The notes: generated by a model not told the origin, from the letters alone. Shown: positions 29,720 through 39,624, counted from the first letter of the stretch. The stretch is 64,000 nt of DNA from a bacterium UBP2_UBA2255 (GCA_002347565.1 DDXR01000049.1:42302-106301); one strand, 5' to 3'. Numbers and translations: made by a program.

Positions 29720-30991
29720 ATGCGGATCACGATCGTCTGCCAGCTGTACCCGCCGGAGGTCGCACCGATCGGCGTGATGGTCTCCGAGCTGGCCCGGGAT
29801 CTGGCACGGGCCGGGCACGAGGTGACGGTCGTCACCGCATTCCCCAACCATCCCCGGGGCGTGGTGTTCCCCGGATTCAGGCAGCGGCTCGTCCGCCGCG
29901 AACGGGCCGGCGGCATCACCGTGCTCCGCTGCTACATGTTCGTCACCCCCGGCCGGTCGCCCGCCGCGCGGATCGCCGGCTACCTGACGTTCGGGCTGGC
30001 CGCGGTGCTGGCGGCGCTGCGGCTGCCGCGGCAGCACGCCGTACTGGTCCCGTCGCCGCCGCTGACGAACGGCATCGTTGCGCTGGTGCTCCGCCGGCTG
30101 CTCCGTACACCCTGTGTGCTCAACATCCAGGACGTCTTCCCGGACGCGGCGATCGCCGCCGGCGTCATCAGGAATGCGGCGCTGATCAGCGCGATCCGTC
30201 GGATGGAGCTGGCCATCTACCGCGGCTGCCGCCGGATCGTAGTGATCTCTGACGGTTTCAGGCAGAACCTGGAAGCGAAGGGGGTGGCGGGCGGGAAGAT
30301 CGAAGTGATATACAACTGGCTGGACACCGCGGAGATCACGCCATTGTCGCGGGACAATCCGTTCGCCCGCCGCCATGCGCTGGCCGGCAAGTATGTCGTC
30401 CTCTACTCCGGCACCATCGGCTTGATCTCCGGCGCAGAGCTGTTGCTCGATTGCGCGCAGCGGCTGTCCGGACTGCCGGACATCCTGCTGCTGATCGTCG
30501 GGGAGGGCGTCGCCAGGGACGCCCTGGTGCGCGGCGCCGGGCAACGGGGGCTGGACAACATGCGGTTTCTCCCGTTCCAGCCACGCGAACTGCTGTCCCA
30601 AGTGCAGTCCAGCGCCGACGTGTCGGTGGTGACCCTCAAGCCGGCGATGGGGAGGACCTCGGTCCCCAGCAAGGTGCTGGGATACATGGCGGCGGCCCGT
30701 CCGGTGATCGCCAGCGTCGATCGGGACTGCGACACCAGCCGCATGATAGCGCTGGCCGACTGCGGCATCGTGACCCCGGCCGGGGATGCCCCGGCATTGA
30801 CCGCGGCGATGCTGGCGCTCTACCGGAACCGGGTGCTGGCCCGTCGGCTGGGAGCGAACGGCCGGGCGTTCATCGAGCGACACTGCTCCCGCGCAGCCGC
30901 CACTGCGGCCTACGGACGAGTACTGCGCGAGGCAGGCTGCTCCGGGTACGGGGGATGGGCAGGAGGAACGGACGATGGTGAACACCGCTAA
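29720..30991 (+). CDS. glycosyltransferase family 4 (WcaI-like)
   Basis: MRITIVCQLYPPE N-terminus typical of WcaI-type GT4; ORF extends upstream to 29678. Confidence 0.75.
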   Translation: MRITIVCQLYPPEVAPIGVMVSELARDLARAGHEVTVVTAFPNHPRGVVFPGFRQRLVRRERAGGITVLRCYMFVTPGRSPAARIAGYLTFGLAAVLAALRLPRQHAVLVPSPPLTNGIVALVLRRLLRTPCVLNIQDVFPDAAIAAGVIRNAALISAIRRMELAIYRGCRRIVVISDGFRQNLEAKGVAGGKIEVIYNWLDTAEITPLSRDNPFARRHALAGKYVVLYSGTIGLISGAELLLDCAQRLSGLPDILLLIVGEGVARDALVRGAGQRGLDNMRFLPFQPRELLSQVQSSADVSVVTLKPAMGRTSVPSKVLGYMAAARPVIASVDRDCDTSRMIALADCGIVTPAGDAPALTAAMLALYRNRVLARRLGANGRAFIERHCSRAAATAAYGRVLREAGCSGYGGWAGGTDDGEHR

Positions 30992-31991
30992 TCTTCAGCG
31001 ACGGGGGACTGCAATGCAGCATGCCAGGATCCTTTCGACAGGGAGCGGACTTCCTGAGCGGATCGTGCGGAACGAGGACCTGACACAATTCCCGCGGCAT
31101 ACCCTGGGCCTGATCGAAGAGAAGACGGGCGTCAGGGAGCGGCGTTTCGCGGACCCGTCACAGTGCACCTCGGACATCGCCGCGTTGGCGGCCTCGGCTT
31201 GCCTGAAGCGGATCGGCTTCGATCCCCTGCGCGTCGACGCGATCATCCTTGCCACTTCCTCGCCGGACCGGATCCAACCGGCGACCGCCACCCGCCTGCA
31301 GCAGCTGATCGGCGCCGCCAATGCGTTTTGCTTCGACATCAACTCGGTGTGCAGCGGCGGCGTCTACGCCCTGGCGCTGGCCGAGTCGATGATCCGTGCG
31401 GCGCGCTGCGCGACCGTGCTGGTGGTGGCGTCCGAGGTGTACTCGCGGATCCTCAACCCGGCGGATTTCTCGACATATCCTTACTTCGGCGACGGCGCCG
31501 GTGCGGTGCTGCTGGGCGCCGGTGACGCCGGACCCGAGGTGGTGGGTGCGGTGCTGCGGACCGACGGCGCCGGCGCCGATGTCATCCAGATCCCGGCCGG
31601 CGGCACGATGCTGCCCTTCCACCAGCTGCAGCAGCCGAAGGACGCCTTTTTCCGGATGAAGGGGAGGGAGGTCTTCGATTTCGCAGTCGACAAGGGTTCA
31701 CGGGTGATCGGCGAGCTGCTGGCAAGCACCGGAACACCGCGCGAAAGCATCCGTTGGGTGATCCCGCACCAGGCCAACCTCAAGATCATCGCGGAACTGT
31801 CACAACGCTGCGGCATTCCGCTGCACAAGTTCGTCATCAATCTTGACCGCTACGGCAACACGGCCGGCGCCTCGGTACTGATCGCGTTCGACGAGCTGTG
31901 CGGCAGCGGGGAACCCAGGCCGGGCGACCACGTCGTCCTCGTCGCCTTCGGCGGCGGGCTGTCGTGGGGCGCGGCGCTGATAACCATGTAA
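30975..31991 (+). CDS. 3-oxoacyl-[ACP] synthase III family (FabH-like KAS III)
   Basis: Active-site Cys context (FDINSVCSGGVYAL), His/Asn region (IPHQANLKII, YGNTAGAS); AGGAGG RBS 8 nt before ATG 30975. Confidence 0.8.
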   Translation: MVNTANLQRRGTAMQHARILSTGSGLPERIVRNEDLTQFPRHTLGLIEEKTGVRERRFADPSQCTSDIAALAASACLKRIGFDPLRVDAIILATSSPDRIQPATATRLQQLIGAANAFCFDINSVCSGGVYALALAESMIRAARCATVLVVASEVYSRILNPADFSTYPYFGDGAGAVLLGAGDAGPEVVGAVLRTDGAGADVIQIPAGGTMLPFHQLQQPKDAFFRMKGREVFDFAVDKGSRVIGELLASTGTPRESIRWVIPHQANLKIIAELSQRCGIPLHKFVINLDRYGNTAGASVLIAFDELCGSGEPRPGDHVVLVAFGGGLSWGAALITM

Positions 31992-32044
31992 CGGGCCGGC
32001 TGATCGGCCGGCGTACGAAAGGAGTGCAATCCATCATGGAAGCC

Positions 32045-32284
32045 CAGACCAAACAGCGGCTGATCGCCGCCATCAGCTCCGTGTTCGACCGCTTCAATCC
32101 CGACCAGTTCAGCGAGGAACTGATGCTGGGCGACATCCCGGACTGGGACTCGATGAACGGCATCAATCTCCAGATGGCCGTCGAATCGGAGTTCTCGGTC
32201 GAGCTCAAGGACGCGTCCCTCGCCGGCACCGACCGCGTCGCGGACATCCTGCGGCTGCTGCGCGGACAGGGTGTCGCGGTCTGA
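32045..32284 (+). CDS. acyl carrier protein
   Basis: 79-aa acidic protein with phosphopantetheine attachment DSM motif (GDIPDWDSMNGINL). Confidence 0.8.
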   Translation, partial: QTKQRLIAAISSVFDRFNPDQFSEELMLGDIPDWDSMNGINLQMAVESEFSVELKDASLAGTDRVADILRLLRGQGVAV

Positions 32285-32350
32285 CGGCCGCGGCCTGGTC
32301 GCCGCCAGAATCAGGGCAAGCCAACCGTCCCATCTAAGCGGGCTGGAGCG

Positions 32351-33013
32351 ATGCTGAAGCAACTCTACCTGTCCCCCCTGGGGTATTTCGCGTCGTTGAT
32401 GATGAATCTCGCGGCAGTGGCGCACCGCCCCTTCATGGTGTACGGCTACTACAACCGGGTGACCGGATCGTTCCACCGGCGGACCCGGATCAGCTCCACC
32501 GCGGCGCTGATCGCGAGGCGCAACCTGGACATCGCCGACAATGTCTGGGTATGGCACCATTCCATCCTCGACGCCAGCAACGGGCTGACGATCGGCCAGG
32601 GATGCCAGATCGGCGCCTGGGTGGGGATCTTCACCCACAGCAGCCATGTCGCGATCAGGCTGCTGGGCGACCGTTTCCTCCACATTGACCGGGATCAGCG
32701 CGCCGGATACCAGCGGGGCCCGGTGGCGATCGGCGAGTTCACTTTCATCGGCGCGTCATCGCTGGTCCTGCCGGGGGTGACGATCGGCAGAGGGTGCCTG
32801 ATCGCTGCCGGGTCAGTCGTCTCCCGATCGGTGCCCGACGGCTCGATCGCCGCCGGCAACCCGGCGCGGGTGGTCGGCAGGACCGCCGCGCTCGACGGCC
32901 GGCACCTCGCGGATCCCGAGGTCCAACGGACGTATTACGACCAGTCCGCCGCCGGCCGATTTCGGACCGCAGCCGGTGACACGGGGCGCGGGGGCGCCGG
33001 CGAGGGGCGATGA
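32351..33013 (+). CDS. left-handed beta-helix (hexapeptide-repeat) acyltransferase
   Basis: Repeated [LIV]-G-x-x-x-x hexads (IGQGCQIGAWVGIF..., IGEFTFIGASSLVLPGVTIGRGCLIAAGSVV). Confidence 0.75.
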   Translation: MLKQLYLSPLGYFASLMMNLAAVAHRPFMVYGYYNRVTGSFHRRTRISSTAALIARRNLDIADNVWVWHHSILDASNGLTIGQGCQIGAWVGIFTHSSHVAIRLLGDRFLHIDRDQRAGYQRGPVAIGEFTFIGASSLVLPGVTIGRGCLIAAGSVVSRSVPDGSIAAGNPARVVGRTAALDGRHLADPEVQRTYYDQSAAGRFRTAAGDTGRGGAGEGR

Positions 33014-34248
33014 GCGGCGCCAGGGCTGATGCGTGGCTGGCCGGCGCCGTCCGCGCCCTGACCCTGCTGTTTGCGTTCAGCCTGCCGGTCGGCATCGCCT
33101 TCACCCAGATCACGCTGTTGGTCGCCATCGCCGCCTGGCTGGTGCGTTGCATCGCCGCGCGCCGCTGGCCCCTGCACGCGACGCCGCTCGACGGCTGGAT
33201 CGGCCTGTTCCTGGCCGCCTCCATCGTGGCGACGCTGTTCTCGGTGCGGCCGGCCGAGAGCGCCGTCGCCCTCAAGAAATTCTACCTGGTCACCCCCGCA
33301 TACCTGCTGGCCTACGCCGTGACGGACCTGCGCCACCTGAGGATGGTGATCGCCTCGTTCCTGTTGGGGGCCGCCTTGACGGCGGGGTGGGGCTTGGCAA
33401 GGTACGCGGCGGGAATCGATCCCCGGTTGCTGGGAACGCAGACCATGGCGTTGACCTCGGGCGGCATCTACATGATGGCCGGCCTGCTGTCCCTGTCGAT
33501 GCTCTGGTCCGCGTTGGATCGGAGAAGCCATGCCGGACTGGCCGCTGCCGCGGCCCTGCTGATCACCGCGGGACTGGTGCTCACCAAGGCCGTCAGTTCG
33601 TGGCTCGGCTGGCTGGCGGGATCGCTGGCATTCATTCGCGGCCGGCGACGGGCCGCCGCCGCGGCCTCGATCGCCGTGGCCGTCCTGCTGGTCTGCCTGG
33701 TATCGTTCCGTTCGTCTTCCGCGGAATTCCTGACCGTCGACAAGGCGGGGTCGTGGCAGGTGAGGGTCAACCTGTGGCGCCTGGGATGGCAGCTGTTCCA
33801 GGACCGCCCGCTTACCGGACACGGCCTGCTGTCCCTGCAGGGGTTCTACCGGGGGATTCCCTATGACAACCCGTATTGGCACGAGGCCATCCAGACCGGG
33901 CACATGCACAACAACTTCATCCAGGTCGCCGTCACGACCGGGTTGCTGGGACTGGTCGCGTTCCTGGCGATGTGGGGCGCGATCATCGGGGTCATGTTCC
34001 GCGCGCTGTCCGCCACGCCCGGCGGCAGGCCGTACGCCCTGGGCGCCCTCGGCTGCGTCGTCGGCTTCCTCGTCAACGGCATGGCGGAGTACAATTACGG
34101 CGACTCGGAGGTTGTCACCGTGCTGTGGATGGCCGTCGGCCTGGCTCTGGCGCTGTGCCGGATGCGCCCCGGCCTGCCCTGCGGCTGCGGCGGGGCGCCG
34201 ATCCCCTCCGCACCTGCTGGCCGGCAGGACTGCGGTCATCTCGTTTGA
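33010..34248 (+). CDS. O-antigen ligase (WaaL) / Wzy_C-domain membrane protein
   Basis: Multi-TM protein with periplasmic loop carrying GHGLLS...HMHNNFIQV motif typical of O-antigen ligase/O-oligosaccharyltransferase family; ATGA overlap with upstream gene. Confidence 0.65.
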   Translation: MSGARADAWLAGAVRALTLLFAFSLPVGIAFTQITLLVAIAAWLVRCIAARRWPLHATPLDGWIGLFLAASIVATLFSVRPAESAVALKKFYLVTPAYLLAYAVTDLRHLRMVIASFLLGAALTAGWGLARYAAGIDPRLLGTQTMALTSGGIYMMAGLLSLSMLWSALDRRSHAGLAAAAALLITAGLVLTKAVSSWLGWLAGSLAFIRGRRRAAAAASIAVAVLLVCLVSFRSSSAEFLTVDKAGSWQVRVNLWRLGWQLFQDRPLTGHGLLSLQGFYRGIPYDNPYWHEAIQTGHMHNNFIQVAVTTGLLGLVAFLAMWGAIIGVMFRALSATPGGRPYALGALGCVVGFLVNGMAEYNYGDSEVVTVLWMAVGLALALCRMRPGLPCGCGGAPIPSAPAGRQDCGHLV

Positions 34249-34251
34249 CCG

Positions 34252-34280
34252 TTGATTTCCTTTCCCCGTTGTGCTATAAT
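34252..34280 (+). promoter_or_regulatory. sigma70-like promoter TTGATT-17nt-TATAAT upstream of hisC
   Basis: TTGATT 34252-34257, TATAAT 34275-34280, 17-nt spacer. Confidence 0.4.
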
Positions 34281-34312
34281 AATCGCTTGCGCCATCGATC
34301 GGAGGGCTGTAC

Positions 34313-35416
34313 ATGATCCCCCAGGCCAGGAAGAATATCCGGGAAATCAACCCCTACGTCCCGGGCAAGCCCATCGAGGAGGTGCGGCGCGAGCTGAAGC
34401 TGCGGGGTTCGATCCTCAAGCTGGCCTCGAACGAGAACCCGCTGGGGCCGTCCCCCAGGGCCATGGCCGCCCTGCGCCGCGGGATCCGGGACGTCCATCT
34501 CTACCCCGACGACAACTGCTTCTACCTCAGCCGGGCCCTGGCGGATCGTTTGGGCGTTGCCCAGGACCGCCTGATCTTCGGCAACGGCTCGGTGGACATC
34601 ATCGACTTCATCGTCAAGAGTTTCGTGGCTCCCGGCGACCACGTGGTCTACTCCCAGGGGGCGTTCATCATGTACGCCATCGCGGCCAAGATGGCGGATG
34701 CCAGGGCGTCAGCGGTCCCGCTGCGGGAGTATGCCCACGACCTTGACGCCATGGCCGCCGCGGTCACGCCGCGGACCAGGGTGGTGTTCGTCGCCAACCC
34801 CAACAACCCGACCGGGACCATGGTCGACGCCGCCCAGGTCGGGCGCTTCCTGGGGCGGATCCCCGGCACCTGCGTCGTGGTGTTCGACGAGGCGTACTAC
34901 GAGTACCTCGACCGCAATGATTTTCCCGACACCATCCGGCTGATTGACCGGCACCCCAACGTCATGGTGCTGCGGACATTCTCCAAGATCTACGGCCTGG
35001 CCGGGCTGCGGGTGGGCTTCGGCGTCGGCCACCCGGAGATGATCGCCACCATCCGCAAAGTCCGGCTGCCGTTCAACGTGGGGCTGCTGTCGCAGATGGC
35101 CTGCCTGGCGGCGATCGGCGACACCCGGCACGTGGCGGCCAGCCGGGCGATGAACGCTGCCGGCAAAAAATACCTCTACGGCCAGTTCGACGCCATGGGA
35201 TTGCCATATGTCCGGTCCGAGGGCAACTTCGTCCTGATCGACGTCCGGACCGATTCCCGCGCCGTGTTCGACGCACTGCAGCGCCTGGGCGTTATCGTCC
35301 GCCCGGTGAAGAACTACGGGTTCCCGACCCATTTGCGGGTGACGGTGGGCACGCCTCCCCAGAACCGGCGGCTGGTCGCCGGCCTCAAGCGGGTGCTGGC
35401 CGGACCGCCGCGGTAG
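34313..35416 (+). CDS. hisC: histidinol-phosphate aminotransferase
   Basis: NENPLGPSP, PDDNCFYL, NPNNPTG, SKIYGLAGLRVG (PLP-lysine) motifs; GGAGGG RBS. Confidence 0.9.
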   Translation: MIPQARKNIREINPYVPGKPIEEVRRELKLRGSILKLASNENPLGPSPRAMAALRRGIRDVHLYPDDNCFYLSRALADRLGVAQDRLIFGNGSVDIIDFIVKSFVAPGDHVVYSQGAFIMYAIAAKMADARASAVPLREYAHDLDAMAAAVTPRTRVVFVANPNNPTGTMVDAAQVGRFLGRIPGTCVVVFDEAYYEYLDRNDFPDTIRLIDRHPNVMVLRTFSKIYGLAGLRVGFGVGHPEMIATIRKVRLPFNVGLLSQMACLAAIGDTRHVAASRAMNAAGKKYLYGQFDAMGLPYVRSEGNFVLIDVRTDSRAVFDALQRLGVIVRPVKNYGFPTHLRVTVGTPPQNRRLVAGLKRVLAGPPR

Positions 35417-35432
35417 GCCCGCGGCTCCGGAA

Positions 35433-36122
35433 ATGCGCATGCCCCGCCAGCTGGTGATCGCCATCGACGGGCCGGCCGCGTCGGGCAAAAGCACCACGGC
35501 CCGGCTGGTGGCCGAGCGGCTGGGATACCTCTACATCGACACCGGCGCCATGTACCGGGCGCTGGGACTGAAGGCGCGGCGGCTCGGCATCCCCCTGTCC
35601 GACCTGGCGGCCGTCGCCGCCGTGGCCGAAGGCACCGAGATCCGGCAGGAGCAGGTCGCCGGCGGGGTGGCGACGTTCCTGGACGGCGAGGACGTCAGCG
35701 TGGCGATCCGCAGCCCGGAGATCTCGCAGGCCGCGTCCGACATCTCCACCATACCGGCGGTGCGCCGCCGTCTGGTGGCGTTGCAACAGGCCATGGGACG
35801 GTCGGGCGGGGTGGTGATGGAGGGCCGCGACATCGGGACCGTGGTGTTCCCGGACGCCGAGGTCAAGGTGTACATGGAGGCGTCGCTGGCCGAGCGCGCC
35901 AGGCGGCGCGGGTCGGAGCTCTCCGCCCGCGGCATCGCGGCCCGGGCCGACGAGCTGGAGTCGCAGATCGCCGCCCGCGACCACCAGGACAGTCAGCGGG
36001 AGGACAGCCCGCTGGCCGTCGCGCCCGGCGCGGTGGTGATCGACACCACGGGGCTGACGGTGGCGCAGCAGGTCGACCGGGTGGTGGCGCTGGCCGGCGA
36101 CGCCGCGGGGGGCCGGAGGTGA
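35433..36122 (+). CDS. cmk: cytidylate kinase
   Basis: IAIDGPAASGKST P-loop, DTGAMYRA motif. Confidence 0.9.
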   Translation: MRMPRQLVIAIDGPAASGKSTTARLVAERLGYLYIDTGAMYRALGLKARRLGIPLSDLAAVAAVAEGTEIRQEQVAGGVATFLDGEDVSVAIRSPEISQAASDISTIPAVRRRLVALQQAMGRSGGVVMEGRDIGTVVFPDAEVKVYMEASLAERARRRGSELSARGIAARADELESQIAARDHQDSQREDSPLAVAPGAVVIDTTGLTVAQQVDRVVALAGDAAGGRR

Positions 36123-36766
36123 TCTGGGAGAGCCGGGCGTTCCAGTCGCGGGCGTTCCGGCTGTCGTGGCATGTCCTCAACTTCTTCATCCCGCGGCTGT
36201 TCGATTGGCGGGTGTCCGGGCGCGCGCATGTCCCGCACAACGGGGTGTTCCTGGTGGCCGCCAACCACATCGCGCTGCTCGATCCGCCCTATGCCGGCGC
36301 CTGTCTGCCCCGCGAGTGCGGATACCTTGCCAAACGGGAGCTGTTCGCCAACCCGTTCCTGCGCTGGCTGATCGAGGCGCACAACGCAGTCCCGATACGC
36401 CGCGGCGGATGGGACACGGCCGCGTTCCGTCACGTGAAACGAAAGCTGGCCCGGGGGATCCCGGTGATGGTCTTCCCCGAGGGCACGCGCAGCCGCGGCG
36501 ACCGGTTCCTCGCTGCCAAGCCGGGACTGGGCCTGCTGGCGATCAAGCTGGGCATGCCGATCCTGCCGATGTACATCGACGGTACCCAGCGCCGGCTGGC
36601 GGACCTGCTGCTGCGACGGCAGCCGCTGGTGTGCCGGATCGGGACCATGATCCCGGTCGGGGCGGTCCGCGAATTCTCCGATGACAAGGACGGGTACCAG
36701 TCATTGAGCGACTATACGATGGAGCGGATCGGCCGGTTGCGGGACGGGACGGAGGCGGCCGGATGA
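36119..36766 (+). CDS. plsC: 1-acyl-sn-glycerol-3-phosphate acyltransferase
   Basis: NHIALLD (HxxxxD) and FPEGTRS motifs of LPLAT family; GTG start overlapping cmk stop. Confidence 0.8.
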   Translation: MIWESRAFQSRAFRLSWHVLNFFIPRLFDWRVSGRAHVPHNGVFLVAANHIALLDPPYAGACLPRECGYLAKRELFANPFLRWLIEAHNAVPIRRGGWDTAAFRHVKRKLARGIPVMVFPEGTRSRGDRFLAAKPGLGLLAIKLGMPILPMYIDGTQRRLADLLLRRQPLVCRIGTMIPVGAVREFSDDKDGYQSLSDYTMERIGRLRDGTEAAG

Positions 36767-37647
36767 GGATCGAGGTCGCCCGCAGCGCCGGTTTCTGCTT
36801 CGGCGTGAAGCGGGCGGTGCAGCTGGCCTTCGAGGCCGCGCGGACCACTGGCGGCCCGGTGTACACGCTGGGGCCGATCATCCACAACCCGGAGGTGGTG
36901 GCGGAGCTGGCCCGGCGCGGGGTGCGGGCGGTCGGCGATCCGCGCCGGATCAAGAACGGCGCGGTCATCATCCGCTCGCACGGCGTGCACCCCCGGGTGC
37001 TGGCCTCGCTGCAGCGGCGCGGACTGGCCATCATCGACGCCACCTGCCCGTTCGTGACCAAGGCCCAGCGGGCGGCCGCCGCCCTGCGGGACGAGGGGCG
37101 CCAGGTGGTGATCGTGGGCGAGCCCCACCATCCCGAGGTGGTGGCGCTCAAGGGATACGCCGGCCGCAATTCGCTGATCTGCGACCGCCGGCCGGTCCGC
37201 GTCAAGTCCCGGATCGGCGTGCTGTCGCAGACCACCGTCTCGCAGGAAGATTTCATCGGCGCCCTGCTGTCGTTCGGCCGGCAGGCGGCCGACATCCACA
37301 TCTTCAACACCATCTGCAACGCCACCCAGATCCGGCAGCAGGAGACCATGGATCTGGCGCAGCGCTCCGACCTGATGATCGTGGTGGGCGGGCGCAACTC
37401 GGCCAACACCTCGCGCCTGGCGGAACTGTGCCGGACCGTCGGCAAGCCGACCCGCTCGGTGGAGACCGAGCAGGAGCTGCGGCCGGCCTGGTTCGCCGGC
37501 GTGCGCAAGGTCGGCGTGGCCGCCGGCGCCTCGACCCCGGCGTCTACGGTCGAGCGGGTGGTGCGCCGGATCCGGGGACTCACTACCGGGAAAACGAAGG
37601 CGGAAAGCCGAAAACGAGGCGGGAAACACTCCGTCCGGGGCAACTGA
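36763..37647 (+). CDS. ispH: 4-hydroxy-3-methylbut-2-enyl diphosphate reductase
   Basis: GFCFGVKRAV, IIHNPEV, DATCPFV, VVGGRNSANTSRL motifs of IspH/LytB. Confidence 0.9.
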   Translation: MRIEVARSAGFCFGVKRAVQLAFEAARTTGGPVYTLGPIIHNPEVVAELARRGVRAVGDPRRIKNGAVIIRSHGVHPRVLASLQRRGLAIIDATCPFVTKAQRAAAALRDEGRQVVIVGEPHHPEVVALKGYAGRNSLICDRRPVRVKSRIGVLSQTTVSQEDFIGALLSFGRQAADIHIFNTICNATQIRQQETMDLAQRSDLMIVVGGRNSANTSRLAELCRTVGKPTRSVETEQELRPAWFAGVRKVGVAAGASTPASTVERVVRRIRGLTTGKTKAESRKRGGKHSVRGN

Positions 37648-37729
37648 CGGGTTCGTTTTCGCGATCTGTTTCTTGTTTTGACGGCCGGCATTGGTCGGCC
37701 GATCCTAGGAAAAGGAGCGTACCCAAACC

Positions 37730-39499
37730 ATGGCAAAATCCAACAAACTGCGTTCAGAGGACCTGAACGACGACCTCGTCATGGACGAGCAGGAGGCACT
37801 GGCGGCGGCGGAGTTCCGCCAGCTGCTGGACCAGTCACTCCACCACAAGAAGTTCGAGGAGGGGGAGGTGGTCCAGGGCACCGTGCTGCGGATCTCGGGC
37901 GACTCGGTGATCGTGGACATCGGCTTCAAGTCCGAGGGAGTGGTGCCGACCAACGAGTTCTCCGACATCACCACGGTCAAGCCCGGCGACAAGCTGGACC
38001 TGTACCTGGAAAAGGTGGAGGACGACGAGGGCCAGATCGTCCTGTCGAAGCAGCGGGCCGATTTCATCCGGGTGTGGGACAAGGTCAAGGAGTCGCTGGA
38101 CGGCGAGCAGGTGGTGGAGGGCAGGGTGGTGCGGCGGGTCAAGGGCGGCATGATCATCGACCTGATGGGCGTGGACGCCTTCCTGCCGGCTTCGCAGATC
38201 GGACTGCGACCGCTGGAATCGCAGGATTCGCTGGTGGGGACGGCGATCCCGCTCAAGGTGATCAAGATCAACAAGAAACGGCGCAACATCGTGGTTTCGC
38301 GGCGGGTGGTGATGGACGCCGAGCGCGCCAAGCTGCGCGACGTGATCCTGGCCGAGATCGACAAGGGCCAGGTGCGCGAGGGCGTGGTCAAGAACATCAC
38401 CGATTTCGGGGCCTTCATCGACCTGGGCGGCCTGGACGGCCTGCTCCACATCACCGACATTTCATGGGGCCGGATCAACCACCCCACCGAGGTGCTCAAG
38501 ATCGGGCAGCGGGTGAAGGTCAAGATCCTGGAGTACGACCGCGAGCGGTCGCGGGTGTCGCTGGGGCTCAAACAGCTGACGCCGCACCCCTGGGAGAACA
38601 TCGAGACCAAGTTCCCGGTGGCCGCCACCATCAAGGGCAAGATCGTCTCCATCGTCGACTACGGCGCCTTCATCGAGCTGGAGAAGGGCGTGGAGGGCCT
38701 GATCCACATCTCCGAGATGTCGTGGACCAAGCAGGTCAAGCACCCCTCCAAGATCCTCTCGATCGGGGACATCGTGGATGCGGTGGTGCTGAAGATCGAC
38801 AAGAACGAGCAAAAGATCAGCCTGGGGCTGCGCCAGCTGGAACCCGATCCCTGGTTCACCATCGACCGCAAGTACCCGGTGGGGAGCACGGTGGAGGGGC
38901 GGGTGCGCAACATCACCAACTTCGGCATCTTCGTCGAGATCGAGGAGGGGATCGACGGCCTGATCCACATCTCGGACATCTCCTGGACCAAGCGGATCAA
39001 GCATCCCTCCGAGGTCGTCAAGAAGGGCGACCTGGTCAAGTGCGTGGTCACCAACATCGACAAGGACAACCGCCGCATCTCGCTCGGCATCAAGCAGCTG
39101 GATGAGGACCCCTGGATGCTGATCGGATCCCGCTTCAAGCTGGGACAGCGCATCACGGCCGTGGTCAACCGGCCGCTGGACCGGGGCCTGTTGGTGGACA
39201 TGGACTACGGCTTCGAGGGCTTCGTGCCGGCGGCGGAGCTGGAGGGCGTGGAGGAATCCAAGCTGGCCGAGGCCTTCAAGGGCGGGGAGTCGCTGGACCT
39301 GCTGATCATCGAGATCGACCAGGTCAACCGGCGGATCGCGCTGTCGCAGAAGGCCTACCAGAAGTCGCAGGACAACCAGGACGTCAAGCCCTTCCTCAAG
39401 GATACTGCCGCCCCGGCCGGCACGGCCATGGGAGAGGCGCTGAAGGAGGCCCTGCAGAAGCAGGAGGAGAGCAAGCCCGAGGCCCCGCCCCAGGCGTAA
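37730..39499 (+). CDS. rpsA: 30S ribosomal protein S1
   Basis: Six tandem S1 domains (G..V.G.V..I...G.F...G..GL.H.S......), acidic C-terminus. Confidence 0.92.
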   Translation: MAKSNKLRSEDLNDDLVMDEQEALAAAEFRQLLDQSLHHKKFEEGEVVQGTVLRISGDSVIVDIGFKSEGVVPTNEFSDITTVKPGDKLDLYLEKVEDDEGQIVLSKQRADFIRVWDKVKESLDGEQVVEGRVVRRVKGGMIIDLMGVDAFLPASQIGLRPLESQDSLVGTAIPLKVIKINKKRRNIVVSRRVVMDAERAKLRDVILAEIDKGQVREGVVKNITDFGAFIDLGGLDGLLHITDISWGRINHPTEVLKIGQRVKVKILEYDRERSRVSLGLKQLTPHPWENIETKFPVAATIKGKIVSIVDYGAFIELEKGVEGLIHISEMSWTKQVKHPSKILSIGDIVDAVVLKIDKNEQKISLGLRQLEPDPWFTIDRKYPVGSTVEGRVRNITNFGIFVEIEEGIDGLIHISDISWTKRIKHPSEVVKKGDLVKCVVTNIDKDNRRISLGIKQLDEDPWMLIGSRFKLGQRITAVVNRPLDRGLLVDMDYGFEGFVPAAELEGVEESKLAEAFKGGESLDLLIIEIDQVNRRIALSQKAYQKSQDNQDVKPFLKDTAAPAGTAMGEALKEALQKQEESKPEAPPQA

Positions 39500-39512
39500 G
39501 CGAACCAACCCC

Positions 39513-39543
39513 AAGCCCCTCTCTGGTGAGAGGGGCTTTTTTA
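39513..39543 (+). terminator. rho-independent terminator after rpsA (AAGCCCCTCTC-TGGTG-AGAGGGGCTT + TTTTTT)
   Basis: 11-bp perfect stem and 6-T run. Confidence 0.75.
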
Positions 39544-39566
39544 CAAGCCCGGGCCGCGGACGGCTC

Positions 39567-39595
39567 TTGACTTTTTACCTGGTTGGGGCTACACT
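39567..39595 (+). promoter_or_regulatory. sigma70-like promoter TTGACT-17nt-TACACT upstream of S8 peptidase gene
   Basis: TTGACT 39567-39572, TACACT 39590-39595. Confidence 0.4.
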
Positions 39596-39624
39596 ACTTC
39601 ATTCAAGCGGAAAGGACCTGACCC

